The notes beneath the pieces were generated by a model. It ran no database searches. It was not told where the DNA came from and saw only the letters and a list, made by a program, of their open reading frames with translations. A program made the translations under genes and the position numbers. From positions 160,424-224,423 of the forward strand of contig CBDEGI010000002.1 in assembly GCA_965237575.1 (NCBI GenBank): DNA of 64,000 nt. The letters run 5' to 3'. Shown in pieces: positions 1 to 9,127 of the stretch (positions within the stretch are counted from its first letter, which is position 1; each line of letters opens with the position of its first letter). This DNA is from Bryobacterales bacterium (lineage in GTDB: Bacteria > Acidobacteriota > Terriglobia > Bryobacterales > UBA6623).

Positions 1-939
1 GATGCGACGACGCTGGAAGCGAACGCGGCGCTGCGTTCGATCGTGCGGCGGGCGAGCGGCGAGGGCTACGAAGAGTTTTTGCGACGACTCGCGGCGGAGG
101 CGGGGATCGAGACGCCGACCAGAGAGCAGTTGGCGAAGCTCGACAAGAAACGCAAAAAGAAAGGCTCGAACCAACAGTGGCGGCACCCGCACGACCCGGA
201 CGCCAAGATCACGAAGATGAAAGACGGGCGCACGCACCTGGCCCACAAGGCCGAGCAGGCGGTGGACCTGGAGACGGGGGCGGTGCTGGCGGTGACGCTG
301 GCCGCAGCCGACCGCGGCGACACGACCACGATCGCGGACACGATCACCGAAGCGGCCGAGCAAGTGGCTGCGGTGGCGGCGGACAACGAGGCCAACGAGA
401 AACTGGCGGCGGACGGGGTGCGGGAAGTGATCGCCGACAAAGGCTATCACTCCAATGCGGTGCTGACGGATTTGGCGGCGTTGGAGCTTCGTTCGTACCT
501 GAGTGAACCGGACCGCGGACGACGCTGCTGGCGGGACAAGCCACGAGAGCGCGAAGCGGTGTATGCGAACCGGCGGAGGATTCGGGGCGTGCGCGGCAAG
601 CGGCTGCTGCGGCAGCGAGGCGAGAAAGTGGAGCGAGTATTTGCGCACTTGTTCGAAACCGGTGGGATGCGACGGACACACCTGCGGGGCCATCCCAATA
701 TTCTCAAGCGACTGTTGATTCATGTGGGCGGATTCAACCTGTCGCTGGCGCTGCGCCGGAAACTGGGCGCGGGCACGCCGCGAGGGCAGAAAGCGGCAGA
801 AAAGGCCCTTGAGCGGCTCGGCAAACGCCTTTTCGAGCTGCTGAGGCCCCGCCGTTGGACTCGCCGCGACTTTCTGTGGCCGACGGCCCCGCGAGCCCTC
901 CGGATCGAGCCGTCCGACCCGCTCCCCCTCGCTGCTTGA
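1..939 (+). CDS. IS5/IS1182-type DDE transposase, C-terminal part (5' end outside the window)
   Basis: Frame 1 is open from nt 1 (DATTLEANAALRSIVRRASGEGYEEFL...) and runs into listed ORF 43..939. It contains KITKMKDGRTHLAHKAE, DKGYHSN and RGEKVERVFAHL..GGMRR..LRG..N..KR strings that I recognise from IS1182/IS5-group transposases. Stop TGA at 937-939. Confidence 0.8.
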   Translation, partial: DATTLEANAALRSIVRRASGEGYEEFLRRLAAEAGIETPTREQLAKLDKKRKKKGSNQQWRHPHDPDAKITKMKDGRTHLAHKAEQAVDLETGAVLAVTLAAADRGDTTTIADTITEAAEQVAAVAADNEANEKLAADGVREVIADKGYHSNAVLTDLAALELRSYLSEPDRGRRCWRDKPREREAVYANRRRIRGVRGKRLLRQRGEKVERVFAHLFETGGMRRTHLRGHPNILKRLLIHVGGFNLSLALRRKLGAGTPRGQKAAEKALERLGKRLFELLRPRRWTRRDFLWPTAPRALRIEPSDPLPLAA

Positions 940-973
940 CCCGGCTGGCAAACGCTACTTCTGCCACGGGCTG

Positions 974-1258
974 CTAGGCGGCGCGGCGTTCGTAGCGATG
1001 GTGCAGCCCGCCGACTTCCGGAAACTCCACCACTTTCCCAAGTTCCGAACCTTGCACCTCTCGCTCGATCGGCGCGTCCTTGGCCAACCCCAAGTGCGTT
1101 CTCGATCGATGGTAGTAGCCGAAATAGCTCGTCAAGATCCGTCTCAGATGTTTCCGGTTGAGCACAATGACATGGTCCAAACACTCCCGTCGGATCGATC
1201 CGATCAGACGCTCGGCGAAAGCATTCTGCCACGGACTTCGCGTGCCGTCAGCACTGCT
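974..1258 (-). pseudogene. rve (integrase-core) transposase, C-terminal remnant only
   Basis: Listed ORF 974..1180 begins at an internal TTG. Hand translation further upstream in the same frame gives ...TRSPWQNAFAERLIGSIRRECLDHVIVLNRKHLRRILTSYFGYYHRSRTHLGLAKDAP...GGLHHRYERRAA*. This is only the last ~95 residues of an rve-type integrase, and similarity fades upstream of ~1258. Confidence 0.7.
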
Positions 1259-1534
1259 ACCAGAATGCGCGAACGGCGGACCCGGCTGTCAAGGCCGCGT
1301 GAGCCTCAAGCTCCTCAATCTAAACGGCTACGTAGTTTTGGCGAGGCACAGCCGCCTTCGCGTGAGCTACGGCCTCGGCCAAGGGATTAGACACCGTAAA
1401 TCTGAGTAGTGTAGGTCAATCTCCTGATTGACTGCACGGCTTCGTCGGGCTTAGCGTCGCTGGTATAGGAAGGAATCTGTCCGCGGAGACGGCTGAAGGA
1501 CGAGATTCTCCGCCCGATTTTATCTCTGAGTGCG

Positions 1535-4414
1535 ATGAGATTCTTGAAGCTTCTCGCTGCTTCCTTGCTGGTCTGCGCCACGCCCGCAGCCGCGGCGGAG
1601 CCCCCCGTTCAGACCCTCTGCGTTCTCGACTTCAATCGGCTAGGCGACGATGCCAGCATGGACTGGCTCCAGGAAGGTCTCGCCGACATGATCATCGGCA
1701 CCATGAATGGGCTCGGCCCGTATCAGGTCATCGAGCGGCAATACCTGAAGGAGATCCTCCGGGAACACGGTTTGGCGGCGCACGGGCTGGTCGATAGGGA
1801 CACAGCGATTCGACAAGCCCGACTAGCCAAGGCCCAGCTCCTGCTGCTGGGAAGTTTTGCAAGGCAAGGCGATCGACTGACGATTCAAGCTCGGCTTATA
1901 AAAATCTCGGACCAGCAGATTCTTGCACGGGTCACTTGGACGGATCCCTACGCCAAAGTCCTCAGCGCTCCGCGGGACTTGAGCGAGAGACTTCTTGTGG
2001 CTCTGGGCAATCCTGTCGATCCGGCACAGCTTGAGGGCATCGAGAAAGAGATCCCGAGGACCATTGACGTTGCGAAATCCTACTACCAAGGCATCCGGGC
2101 CTTCGACAACGGCCACTACCCGGAAGCGTTGGCTCACTACCTCGACGCAGCCCGGCAAGCCGGCGATTTCATCAAGGTCTACCCGGCCGTACTCGAGATG
2201 TACTATCTGCTCGGCAGGAGCGAACATGCCGTCGTCTTTGCCCGGGAGCTGGCGCAACTCTACGAGAAGAGGGGTGACGTGCGAAGCGCTCTAGAGTACT
2301 ACTTCGCCGCGGCCGAGCAATGTTTGGACCCTTTGAACAATCACAGACCGGGGATCCGCCTGTTGAACGAGCTTATGCGCCTCGTGAAACAGCATGAACA
2401 CAAGACCAACGAGATGGAGGCGGCCAAGCGGTTCATCCTTGCCAGGATTGATGAGCTGCACGAAACGGGGAAATACGAATCGTTCGGAAAGATATTGGCG
2501 GATCGCAGTATTCGGTATCGGTTGTGGCCTGGTGATATTGAAGCCGAGCTGATGCGCAGAGCGGAAAAGCAAGCGCGCGGAGGGTACGCCGTATTCGAGG
2601 ACGGCCAGTGGGTTAAGCGATCCGTCCCCAAGCCCTCGGTGCTCATGTGGAAGATGCGTGCGCAGCACACCCTGGCCCGAGCGTATGCCCAGACGGGAAG
2701 AATCGAACTAGCACTGGATCAGTATCGGGAGCGGCTCGAAGAGTACGAATTCCTGACCGAACACCCCCTCTACGAAGGGAGGCATCGTGATCCCATCAGG
2801 ACGGAAGCCCATTTTATGTTGTTGCGCCACTACGCAAGAACGGGCAAGTTGGTCCGGGATCATGCTGTGAACAAGATCAACCGGCTCAATGTCGTCAGAG
2901 ATGGGCTTGTGTTCCGGAGAGACTTCGAGGACCGCGGCCTCGATCCGCGGGCGAGGGTGGCTTCTCGATACGAAGAGCGAGGCCACGAATACTTCGATTT
3001 CGCAGCCCCTTCAGGCTCGCAGGTCGATTCCGTCACGCTACGGGCAAAGATCGAGGGCATCGGGTCGTTCGGGTTCAACCTCCCGGAGCCTGCCGGGTGG
3101 CCCCCACAGTTTTCCTTTTCCAAACGGTTTGAGGACTTCAAATTCTCCAGGCGAGGCGACTACGAGCGGACGGTTGTTTTGCCCTCAGGGACTGAATTCT
3201 TTTCGATCGGTACGGGCTGGGGGCGTGGCTTGTATTCGAATACGCCGGTCGAGGCACTCTACGACAAACTATTCGGGCCGAAGGATGGCCCAGACATCGT
3301 GCGCTGGGAGGTGTCGTTCGCGGTTTCTCCCAAACACCGCGCGACCGTCGCGACAAGATTCGGTGTACCGACACAGCTCGACCCCGCGGTTCAACAACTG
3401 ATCGACCGTCACACGGCCGGCTGGGAAAGCAACTCCGTAATCCGAGAGGGACAGACCGCCTTCTATTCGGGCGATCCTTCCCTGGATGTGTACGCCGAGG
3501 ACTGGCTCGTATATTCAATCGATGGCGGTATTCAGATCTTCCACCAACGCGACCCGCGGCTCAAGATTGACGTACCCATCACGATCAACACCAGGGAACG
3601 GGAGTTCGATGCGTCCTTGGTCCGAACCCATGACGGCCGGTACGCGATGCTTTGGGCGCGTGGAACCAGCAAGAGAAACGCGAGGCGCTTCGTGGCGTTC
3701 TCCGCGGATTTGCTGCGCTGGGCGACGCCGCAGCGCATGGTTTTCGAAGAAGCACGGAAGAATCTGGGCTACACCTATGCACGGGCGGAGCCGCCCGAGC
3801 GGACCTACAACGTCGTCCCCAGCCGCCGGGGCTACGTGATGTTACTGGCACAGGGCTTCGTGCGGCACTCGAAGGACTTGAGGAGTTGGGGCCCACCGCA
3901 GAAAGTCATCCCGCAAGACCTCTATCGGAATCGTCTCGTGAAGACCCGGGATGGGACTTTGTGGGCGGTTTACGAGAACTCCTCGGACGAGCTTCAGCCC
4001 TACACGCCGGACGACTGGCTCCACGGCTATTTCGTGGTCGACGGCAAGCGGTACAGACACGTCACGGAGCTGCGCGTCAGCCGCAGTGCGGATGGCGTTC
4101 ACTGGGAGCGGGCCGGCAAAACCGTCTTTCCCGGTCAGCCCAGCGGCCTGTGGGCTTTCCCTGTTTCGGAAGGTCAGATTGGCATTGCCGTGGCCTTCAA
4201 CAATCTCTTCGCAAAGTGGTTGACGGCGTCGCGTTTTGGGGGGCTGCGATGGATCGAGACCGAACTCGAGGTCATGCATCAATCAGAGGAAGCGGAGTTC
4301 TTCGCTGCTGACACAGTACTCACTTGTATCCGTCCCGTCTTCGATTTCGAGAAGCAGAAGGCGATGCTCTTGGCCACAAGCTCCCGAGCGCTTTACGAGA
4401 GGTTCAAGCAGTAG
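1535..4414 (+). CDS. exported multidomain protein: CsgG/TolB-N-like module + TPR-like helical region + Asp-box beta-propeller-like C-terminus
   Basis: 959-aa ORF with signal peptide MRFLKLLAASLLVCATPAAAAEP. Residues ~26-140 carry the V-ERQ-L-EIL-E...LLLLGSF...RLTIQARL pattern shared with genes at 4415 and 6259. The middle is helical, with repeat-like YY/A-rich segments. The C-terminus has Asp-box-like SRSADGVHWE plus FSADLLRW and HSKDLRSW. Confidence 0.75.
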   Translation: MRFLKLLAASLLVCATPAAAAEPPVQTLCVLDFNRLGDDASMDWLQEGLADMIIGTMNGLGPYQVIERQYLKEILREHGLAAHGLVDRDTAIRQARLAKAQLLLLGSFARQGDRLTIQARLIKISDQQILARVTWTDPYAKVLSAPRDLSERLLVALGNPVDPAQLEGIEKEIPRTIDVAKSYYQGIRAFDNGHYPEALAHYLDAARQAGDFIKVYPAVLEMYYLLGRSEHAVVFARELAQLYEKRGDVRSALEYYFAAAEQCLDPLNNHRPGIRLLNELMRLVKQHEHKTNEMEAAKRFILARIDELHETGKYESFGKILADRSIRYRLWPGDIEAELMRRAEKQARGGYAVFEDGQWVKRSVPKPSVLMWKMRAQHTLARAYAQTGRIELALDQYRERLEEYEFLTEHPLYEGRHRDPIRTEAHFMLLRHYARTGKLVRDHAVNKINRLNVVRDGLVFRRDFEDRGLDPRARVASRYEERGHEYFDFAAPSGSQVDSVTLRAKIEGIGSFGFNLPEPAGWPPQFSFSKRFEDFKFSRRGDYERTVVLPSGTEFFSIGTGWGRGLYSNTPVEALYDKLFGPKDGPDIVRWEVSFAVSPKHRATVATRFGVPTQLDPAVQQLIDRHTAGWESNSVIREGQTAFYSGDPSLDVYAEDWLVYSIDGGIQIFHQRDPRLKIDVPITINTREREFDASLVRTHDGRYAMLWARGTSKRNARRFVAFSADLLRWATPQRMVFEEARKNLGYTYARAEPPERTYNVVPSRRGYVMLLAQGFVRHSKDLRSWGPPQKVIPQDLYRNRLVKTRDGTLWAVYENSSDELQPYTPDDWLHGYFVVDGKRYRHVTELRVSRSADGVHWERAGKTVFPGQPSGLWAFPVSEGQIGIAVAFNNLFAKWLTASRFGGLRWIETELEVMHQSEEAEFFAADTVLTCIRPVFDFEKQKAMLLATSSRALYERFKQ

Positions 4415-5326
4415 ATGAAGTATTGGTGGGTCCAGATTCGTGTGTTGTTGCTAACGGCGGTGGCGGCGCATCTTGTCTGGGCAAGTGGGGTCTGGACAAG
4501 TGAGGTCTGGGCAAGTGAGCGGCCCGCTCGCATCTGGTTCTTGCCGTTTGACAATCCTAGCGCCGATGCATCTTTGAAATACCTGGAAGAAGCGCTGCCG
4601 GCGCTGCTAGCCGTCGCCGTGTCTCAAACCGACGAACACGCCGTCGTGGACCGACAGCACTTGACCCAAGTCCTGGCCGAGCAGTCTCTGACTCTCGAGG
4701 GTCTGACATCGCCCAGTGCTAGGCACGATGTCGGGAGGCTCCTTGAGGCAACCGTGATCATTAGTGGGAGCTTTGTCAAGCAGGGCCAAGAGCTTCTCGT
4801 CATGATTCGGGCGGCCGATGTTGAAACAGGAATCGTCACCGCAACTGCGGAAGCTCGTGGTCCTGTCGGTCAACTCGGTCCGTTAGTGAGTAAGCTCTAC
4901 GGCAGATTAGCCCGGGACTTGGGCACGCGGCTACCCGATCTGCGCGCAGATCAGATCGACTCGGCGCCGCTGTCCAACCTGCATTTCATGCGCGGTCTTG
5001 GTTTCTATTTCAGCGCGCGCTACAACCAGGCCCTAGGGGAGTTCGTGCAGGCTGCCGAAGAGCAGGAGTTGAGCGTTATCTCCCGGCTGTGGCTGGCAAA
5101 CGCCTACCTGGCCCAAGACCAGTTTGGTCATGCCTATCTAGAGTTGAGCAAGCTGATGCGCAGTGGATCGAGCAACCTCCGCCAGGACGAGGTCAAAGCC
5201 AAGATCTGCGTGCCTGCGAGAAACACCTGGGCGCCGAGGACGAGTGAAGATCATCGAGGAGCTGGCCATGAGGAAGTGAAGATCATCGAGGAGCTGGCCA
5301 TGTTGCAAGCTCCCAGAAGGGAGTAG
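4415..5326 (+). CDS. exported protein, CsgG/TolB-N-like module + TPR-like tail (3' end disturbed by a 32-bp tandem duplication)
   Basis: The start ATG directly abuts the upstream stop (4414/4415). It has a signal-like N-terminus and a module IWFLPFDN...VVDRQHLTQVLAEQSL...VIISGSF...LLVMIRAADVETG paralogous to genes A and D. The C-terminal reading frame is uncertain (see repeat 5243-5302). Confidence 0.7.
   Translation: MKYWWVQIRVLLLTAVAAHLVWASGVWTSEVWASERPARIWFLPFDNPSADASLKYLEEALPALLAVAVSQTDEHAVVDRQHLTQVLAEQSLTLEGLTSPSARHDVGRLLEATVIISGSFVKQGQELLVMIRAADVETGIVTATAEARGPVGQLGPLVSKLYGRLARDLGTRLPDLRADQIDSAPLSNLHFMRGLGFYFSARYNQALGEFVQAAEEQELSVISRLWLANAYLAQDQFGHAYLELSKLMRSGSSNLRQDEVKAKICVPARNTWAPRTSEDHRGAGHEEVKIIEELAMLQAPRRE
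4475..4519 (+). repeat. 15-bp tandem repeat x3 inside the signal/N-terminal region of gene 4415-5326
   Basis: GTCTGGGCAAGTGGG / GTCTGGACAAGTGAG / GTCTGGGCAAGTGAG, read directly from the sequence. It encodes VWASG-VWTSE-VWASE. Confidence 0.9.
5243..5302 (+). repeat. tandem direct duplication, period 32 bp (28 bp identical)
   Basis: AGTGAAGATCATCGAGGAGCTGGCCATG occurs at 5243-5270 and again at 5275-5302, separated by AGGA. The period is not a multiple of 3. Confidence 0.9.
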
Positions 5327-5335
5327 ACGTGTCTC

Positions 5336-6262
5336 ATGCCGGCGCCTAACGGTAACAAGGCCACCCGACCGATTACTCCATTGGGATTCGCTCGGAGCGT
5401 CTCCTTGTCGCGGCATTTCGCGCGACCGGTCAGGGGAGTCGTCACCTTCACGCTCGCTTCCTGCTTGGCTCTGGGCTCGGAGGCGACCCCTGCGTCGTTT
5501 GGCGGTCCTGCCCTGGTCATCGCTCGGCCGAGCCGACCCGAGCCTCTCCGGCTCTTTGGAGGCCAGACCGCTGCAGTGCCCGTCGTCGTCCACGCGCCTG
5601 AGGTCGAAGGGCTCACCCTCCGCGCACAGTTGGTGCAGTTGACTTCCAACCTCTCGGTTCCCATCGTTGCCGAGCTCGAAGTTCCACTCCCGTCGAACCC
5701 TTCGCCGCATTCGGCGATCGAGCTTGATCTATCCGTCCCGCTTCCCGCAGTCCAACGAGAGACAAACTTCGAACTCCGGGTTCGGTCACGCCGAGGTCAC
5801 GACAAGCCTTGGCACGCGGCCGGCCGTATCGCGTTGCGGGTGTATCCCGGTGACCTGCTCGATTCGGTCCGCGTGTGGGCGAAGTCTCACCCGCTTCGCG
5901 TGAGGCACGGCAACGGGTCATTGCAGCGTTTCTTGCGCCAGCAGCGGATTCCCGTGGTCGCTGATGGCAAAGCTCAGGGTTTCGGTGACGGGCGGGGCGT
6001 ATCTCTCTTTGCCGGAGAGTCGGCGCTTCGCGAGCATGAACGCTTCCCTTTACCGGAGGACGAAGCGATTGTCCTGTTCACGGAACGGGAGTCGGAACCC
6101 CCGCGCCTTTTCATCGAGCGTACCGACCGAGGAACGACCGTGAGCGTCGAGATGCGCCTTCTCAACCGCTTGGCCACCGACCCTCTGGCGCAGAAGATCT
6201 TTCTTGAGGTGTTCCAACTCCTCCACGAGGAGAGACCGTCAGTTAAAGGAGATATTCAATGA
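5336..6262 (+). CDS. hypothetical exported protein, probable lipoprotein
   Basis: 308-aa ORF 9 nt after the upstream stop. An in-frame TTG at 5405 would give [20 protein letters not shown], a basic n-region, short h-region and canonical lipobox LASC. I recognise no family. Confidence 0.6.
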   Translation: MPAPNGNKATRPITPLGFARSVSLSRHFARPVRGVVTFTLASCLALGSEATPASFGGPALVIARPSRPEPLRLFGGQTAAVPVVVHAPEVEGLTLRAQLVQLTSNLSVPIVAELEVPLPSNPSPHSAIELDLSVPLPAVQRETNFELRVRSRRGHDKPWHAAGRIALRVYPGDLLDSVRVWAKSHPLRVRHGNGSLQRFLRQQRIPVVADGKAQGFGDGRGVSLFAGESALREHERFPLPEDEAIVLFTERESEPPRLFIERTDRGTTVSVEMRLLNRLATDPLAQKIFLEVFQLLHEERPSVKGDIQ

Positions 6263-7233
6263 GATTACTGATTTTCGACCGAGCGCGTTGCGCTACGCCG
6301 TGGCTGTTAACACTTTCGCTCTTCTTAGCCCTTGGCCTTTCCGCGGCCGCAGCTCCACCCGCGGAGGAGCGACATCTGGCTATCGCAGTCCTCGATTTCC
6401 AGCCCGAGAGCAAAGATCTTGGGAAAACTGCGACGCAGGTGACGGAGCTCCTGATCTCCGAGCTCTCAAATCGTCCGAACTTGATTCTCGTGGAGCGCCA
6501 GCGACTGGGCGAAGTACTGAGTGAAATCGAGCTAGGCATCTCGGGCACCGTGCAGCCCGATACGGCGGCCAAGATCGGTGGCCTGATTGGTGCCAAGGCC
6601 CTCGTAACGGGACGGGTATTCTCCTCAGGTGACGACCTAGTTGCCATCGTGCGCACCATCGGCACAGAGACGGGCCGGGTCTATGCGGAAAGCGTAACCC
6701 TAGCGGCGGACGAGCCGGCCCACCGATACGCGGAGATTCTGGCCGAAAAGCTGTCCTCGCGTCTGAGTCGCTCCAAGGACAGTTTGCTCGCCCCTCCCAC
6801 GACGAGCGAAGACCGCATGCGGCGTCTCGCTCGGTTGGCGCGGGGAAAGACGCTACCCTCCCTGTCTGTCTTGATCCCGGAGCGCCATTCCGGTCGTGCC
6901 GCGATGGACCCGGCAGCCGAAACCGAGATCTCGCGGATTCTTAGGTCGCTCGGCTTCCCGCTGCTCGATCCCAACTCCAACGCCCGTCCGGATATCCGGA
7001 TCGCCGGAGAAGCGTTCAGCGAAGTGGGCTCCCGGCGGGGGAATCTGGTCTCGGCGAGCGGGCGTGTCGAGATCAAAGCAGTGGACCGCAAAACCCATGC
7101 TGTAGTTGCGGTGGATCGACAGACCGAGGTTGCCGTGGACCTGTCAGGAGAGATGGCCGGCAAAAAGGCGCTGCAACAGGCCTCGGCAAACCTCTCCGAG
7201 CGACTCGTGCGCGCTTTGCTACAGGCCCGCTAA
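6259..7233 (+). CDS. exported protein, CsgG/TolB-N-like module + second alpha/beta domain
   Basis: There is a 4-nt overlap with the upstream gene (ATGA). The signal peptide is ...[16 protein letters not shown] and the module is [10 protein letters not shown]...[18 protein letters not shown]...ALVTGRVF...[13 protein letters not shown]. The C-terminal half is (SVLIPERH...[15 protein letters not shown]...[11 protein letters not shown]...), family unknown. Confidence 0.75.
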   Translation: MRLLIFDRARCATPWLLTLSLFLALGLSAAAAPPAEERHLAIAVLDFQPESKDLGKTATQVTELLISELSNRPNLILVERQRLGEVLSEIELGISGTVQPDTAAKIGGLIGAKALVTGRVFSSGDDLVAIVRTIGTETGRVYAESVTLAADEPAHRYAEILAEKLSSRLSRSKDSLLAPPTTSEDRMRRLARLARGKTLPSLSVLIPERHSGRAAMDPAAETEISRILRSLGFPLLDPNSNARPDIRIAGEAFSEVGSRRGNLVSASGRVEIKAVDRKTHAVVAVDRQTEVAVDLSGEMAGKKALQQASANLSERLVRALLQAR

Positions 7234-7590
7234 TCCGATAGCTTTAATCCACGCCACAAACCCCGTTCCTGATGGGAACGGTCCCACTGCTGACAAGTGC
7301 CTATAGTGGTGTTCGGGCTATGTCGGGGCGGTTGCCGACCGTTCGCCCACCTCGTGCCGCCTGCCCCAAGTCTCCGGTTGTTTCCGAGTGGGCGACCACT
7401 CGTCCAGAACGGGGACGTAACGATGGCCAACGACTCTGGGTGGCCACTTCTACGGTTAGGGCGTTCTACTTCCTTCTGGTACGCCTGGCTCTACGTTGGC
7501 CGACAAGAACGAAGCCGCTGGGCGCGGCGGACGCCTGCGGCGTGGGTGGCAAGGGAAGAGTACAGTCGGTCGCAGAGAAGGAGGTTCTCT

Positions 7591-7821
7591 GTGACGATAC
7601 TCACCCAGCGGATGCGAGAAGAGCTCGTACGCCGCAACTACGCGGAAACAACCGTCGAGCAGTTTCGAGAATGCGCTCGAAAGAGGCTCGATCATCTCGG
7701 CCCGGACGACATGCGCCGCTACCAGGCGTACTTGCTCGAGAACAAGAAGCTCGTCGTCGGCACGGTCGTGCTGCACATCAGTGCGCTGCGATTCCTGTAT
7801 GTCAAGGTGCTTGGCCGGTAG
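7591..7821 (+). pseudogene. tyrosine recombinase, N-terminal SAM-like domain only (3' truncated)
   Basis: GTG at 7591 is preceded by AAGGAGG. VTILTQRMREELVRRNYAETTVEQF...LGPDDMRRYQAYLLENKKLVVGTVVLHISALRFLYVKVLGR* matches the N-terminal core-binding domain of phage-type integrases. The ORF stops at 7821 with no catalytic domain downstream. Confidence 0.7.
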
Positions 7822-8085
7822 GCCGGCGCACAGCAGTATTGGGCGTCCGTATCGGTTCATCACTGCTCAGCGAGCTCATCTCTGGACCGCTTGCTCACGC
7901 GCGCGACGTGGTCCTGGACCAGCGGCGGATGGGGACTAGCTTCCCGAGCACAGTCTCGAAGAAGACTTAAGGCTCTTATTGGCTGGATCGTTGGCATCCA
8001 ATGCTTGGTGCTTGTGTGTAGTTCGTATTCCTTTGGTACTTGACGGTTCTCGTGCAGCGCGTGCAGCGGGAGAGGAGGTGTTGCA

Positions 8086-9063
8086 GTGCGACAATTTTTC
8101 TGCTTAGTCGGCGCTTTCTATATGGCGAGCGTGTCTCCACAAGCATCCGCTCAGCCGGCGCGCTGGGAGACGCTTACCGATGAGGGGGTTCGAGCGCACG
8201 AGCAGGGACGCTACGTGGAGGCCGGAAGATTGCTGTCGGCTGCCCTTAAGGAAGCAGAGAACTTCAAACAGAACGACTCACGGGTTGTCGACAGCCTGAA
8301 CAATCTGGCCGAACTCTACTACACCCACGGGAAATACGATCAAGCGGAGCCGTTGTACAAACGCGCTCTGTCGATCGCCGAGCAGGTTCTGTCAGCGGAC
8401 GATCCCAAATTGGCCAGGAGCCTAAACAACCTGGGGACCCTCTACCAAACTCAGGGCAAGTACGTTGAGGCCGAGCCGCTTTACAGGCGGTCCTTGGCAA
8501 TATGGAAGCAGGCCCTGGGTCCGCAAAATCCCAGTGTGGCTACCAGCCTGAACAACCTCGCGGAACCTGTACAGCGTTCAGGGGAAATACGCTGAAGCAG
8601 AACCGTTGTACTGGCAGGCGTTAGCCATCGAGCAGAAGGCTCGGGGGTCAAACCATCCGGACGTAGCGTCGAGCCTCAACAACCTCGCGGAGTTTTACCG
8701 CGCTCAAGGAAACTACTCTGAAGCAGAGCCGTTGTACAAACGGGCCCTCTCAATCCTGGAGAAAGCCTATGAGCTGGAGCATCCAAGCGGAGCCACCGTT
8801 CTGAACAACTTGGCGCTTCTCTACCGGCATGGTGGTAGGTACGCGGAGGCTGAGGCACTGTACAAGCACTCTTTGGCGATCGCGGAGAGGAGATTGGGAC
8901 CCGAGCATCCTAGTGTGGCCTCTATGCTAACAATCTAGCGGAGCTGTACGACGCGCAGGGCAAGCAAGTTGAAGCGGAAGCACTGTACAAGCAATCTCTA
9001 GTTATTTCGGAAAAATTTTTGGGGCCCGAGCACCTGACGCCAAAGGTGTCCGACGTAACCTAG
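8086..9063 (+). pseudogene. TPR (kinesin-light-chain-like TPR_10/12) protein with two frameshifts
   Basis: The repeat unit LNNLAxLYxxQGKYxEAEPLYKRAL continues across both ORF breaks. At ~8567 an extra C changes NNLAE-LYSVQGKYAEAEPLY into NNLAEPVQRSGEIR*. At ~8928 a missing A turns SM-LNNLAELYDAQGK into SMLTI*. The last frame stops at 9061-9063. Confidence 0.85.
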
Positions 9064-9127
9064 AAGAATTGAGAAACAGCAGCCGTTAGAAAGCAGTGCG
9101 AGCCGATGAAGCGGCGACTTTACGCAA

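Noticed and set aside
7261-7281. Hairpin CCGTTCC-TGATG-GGAACGG after gene 6259-7233 as an intrinsic terminator
   Set aside because: The stem is only 7 bp and is not followed by a T-run. The structure is real but its function is unsupported.
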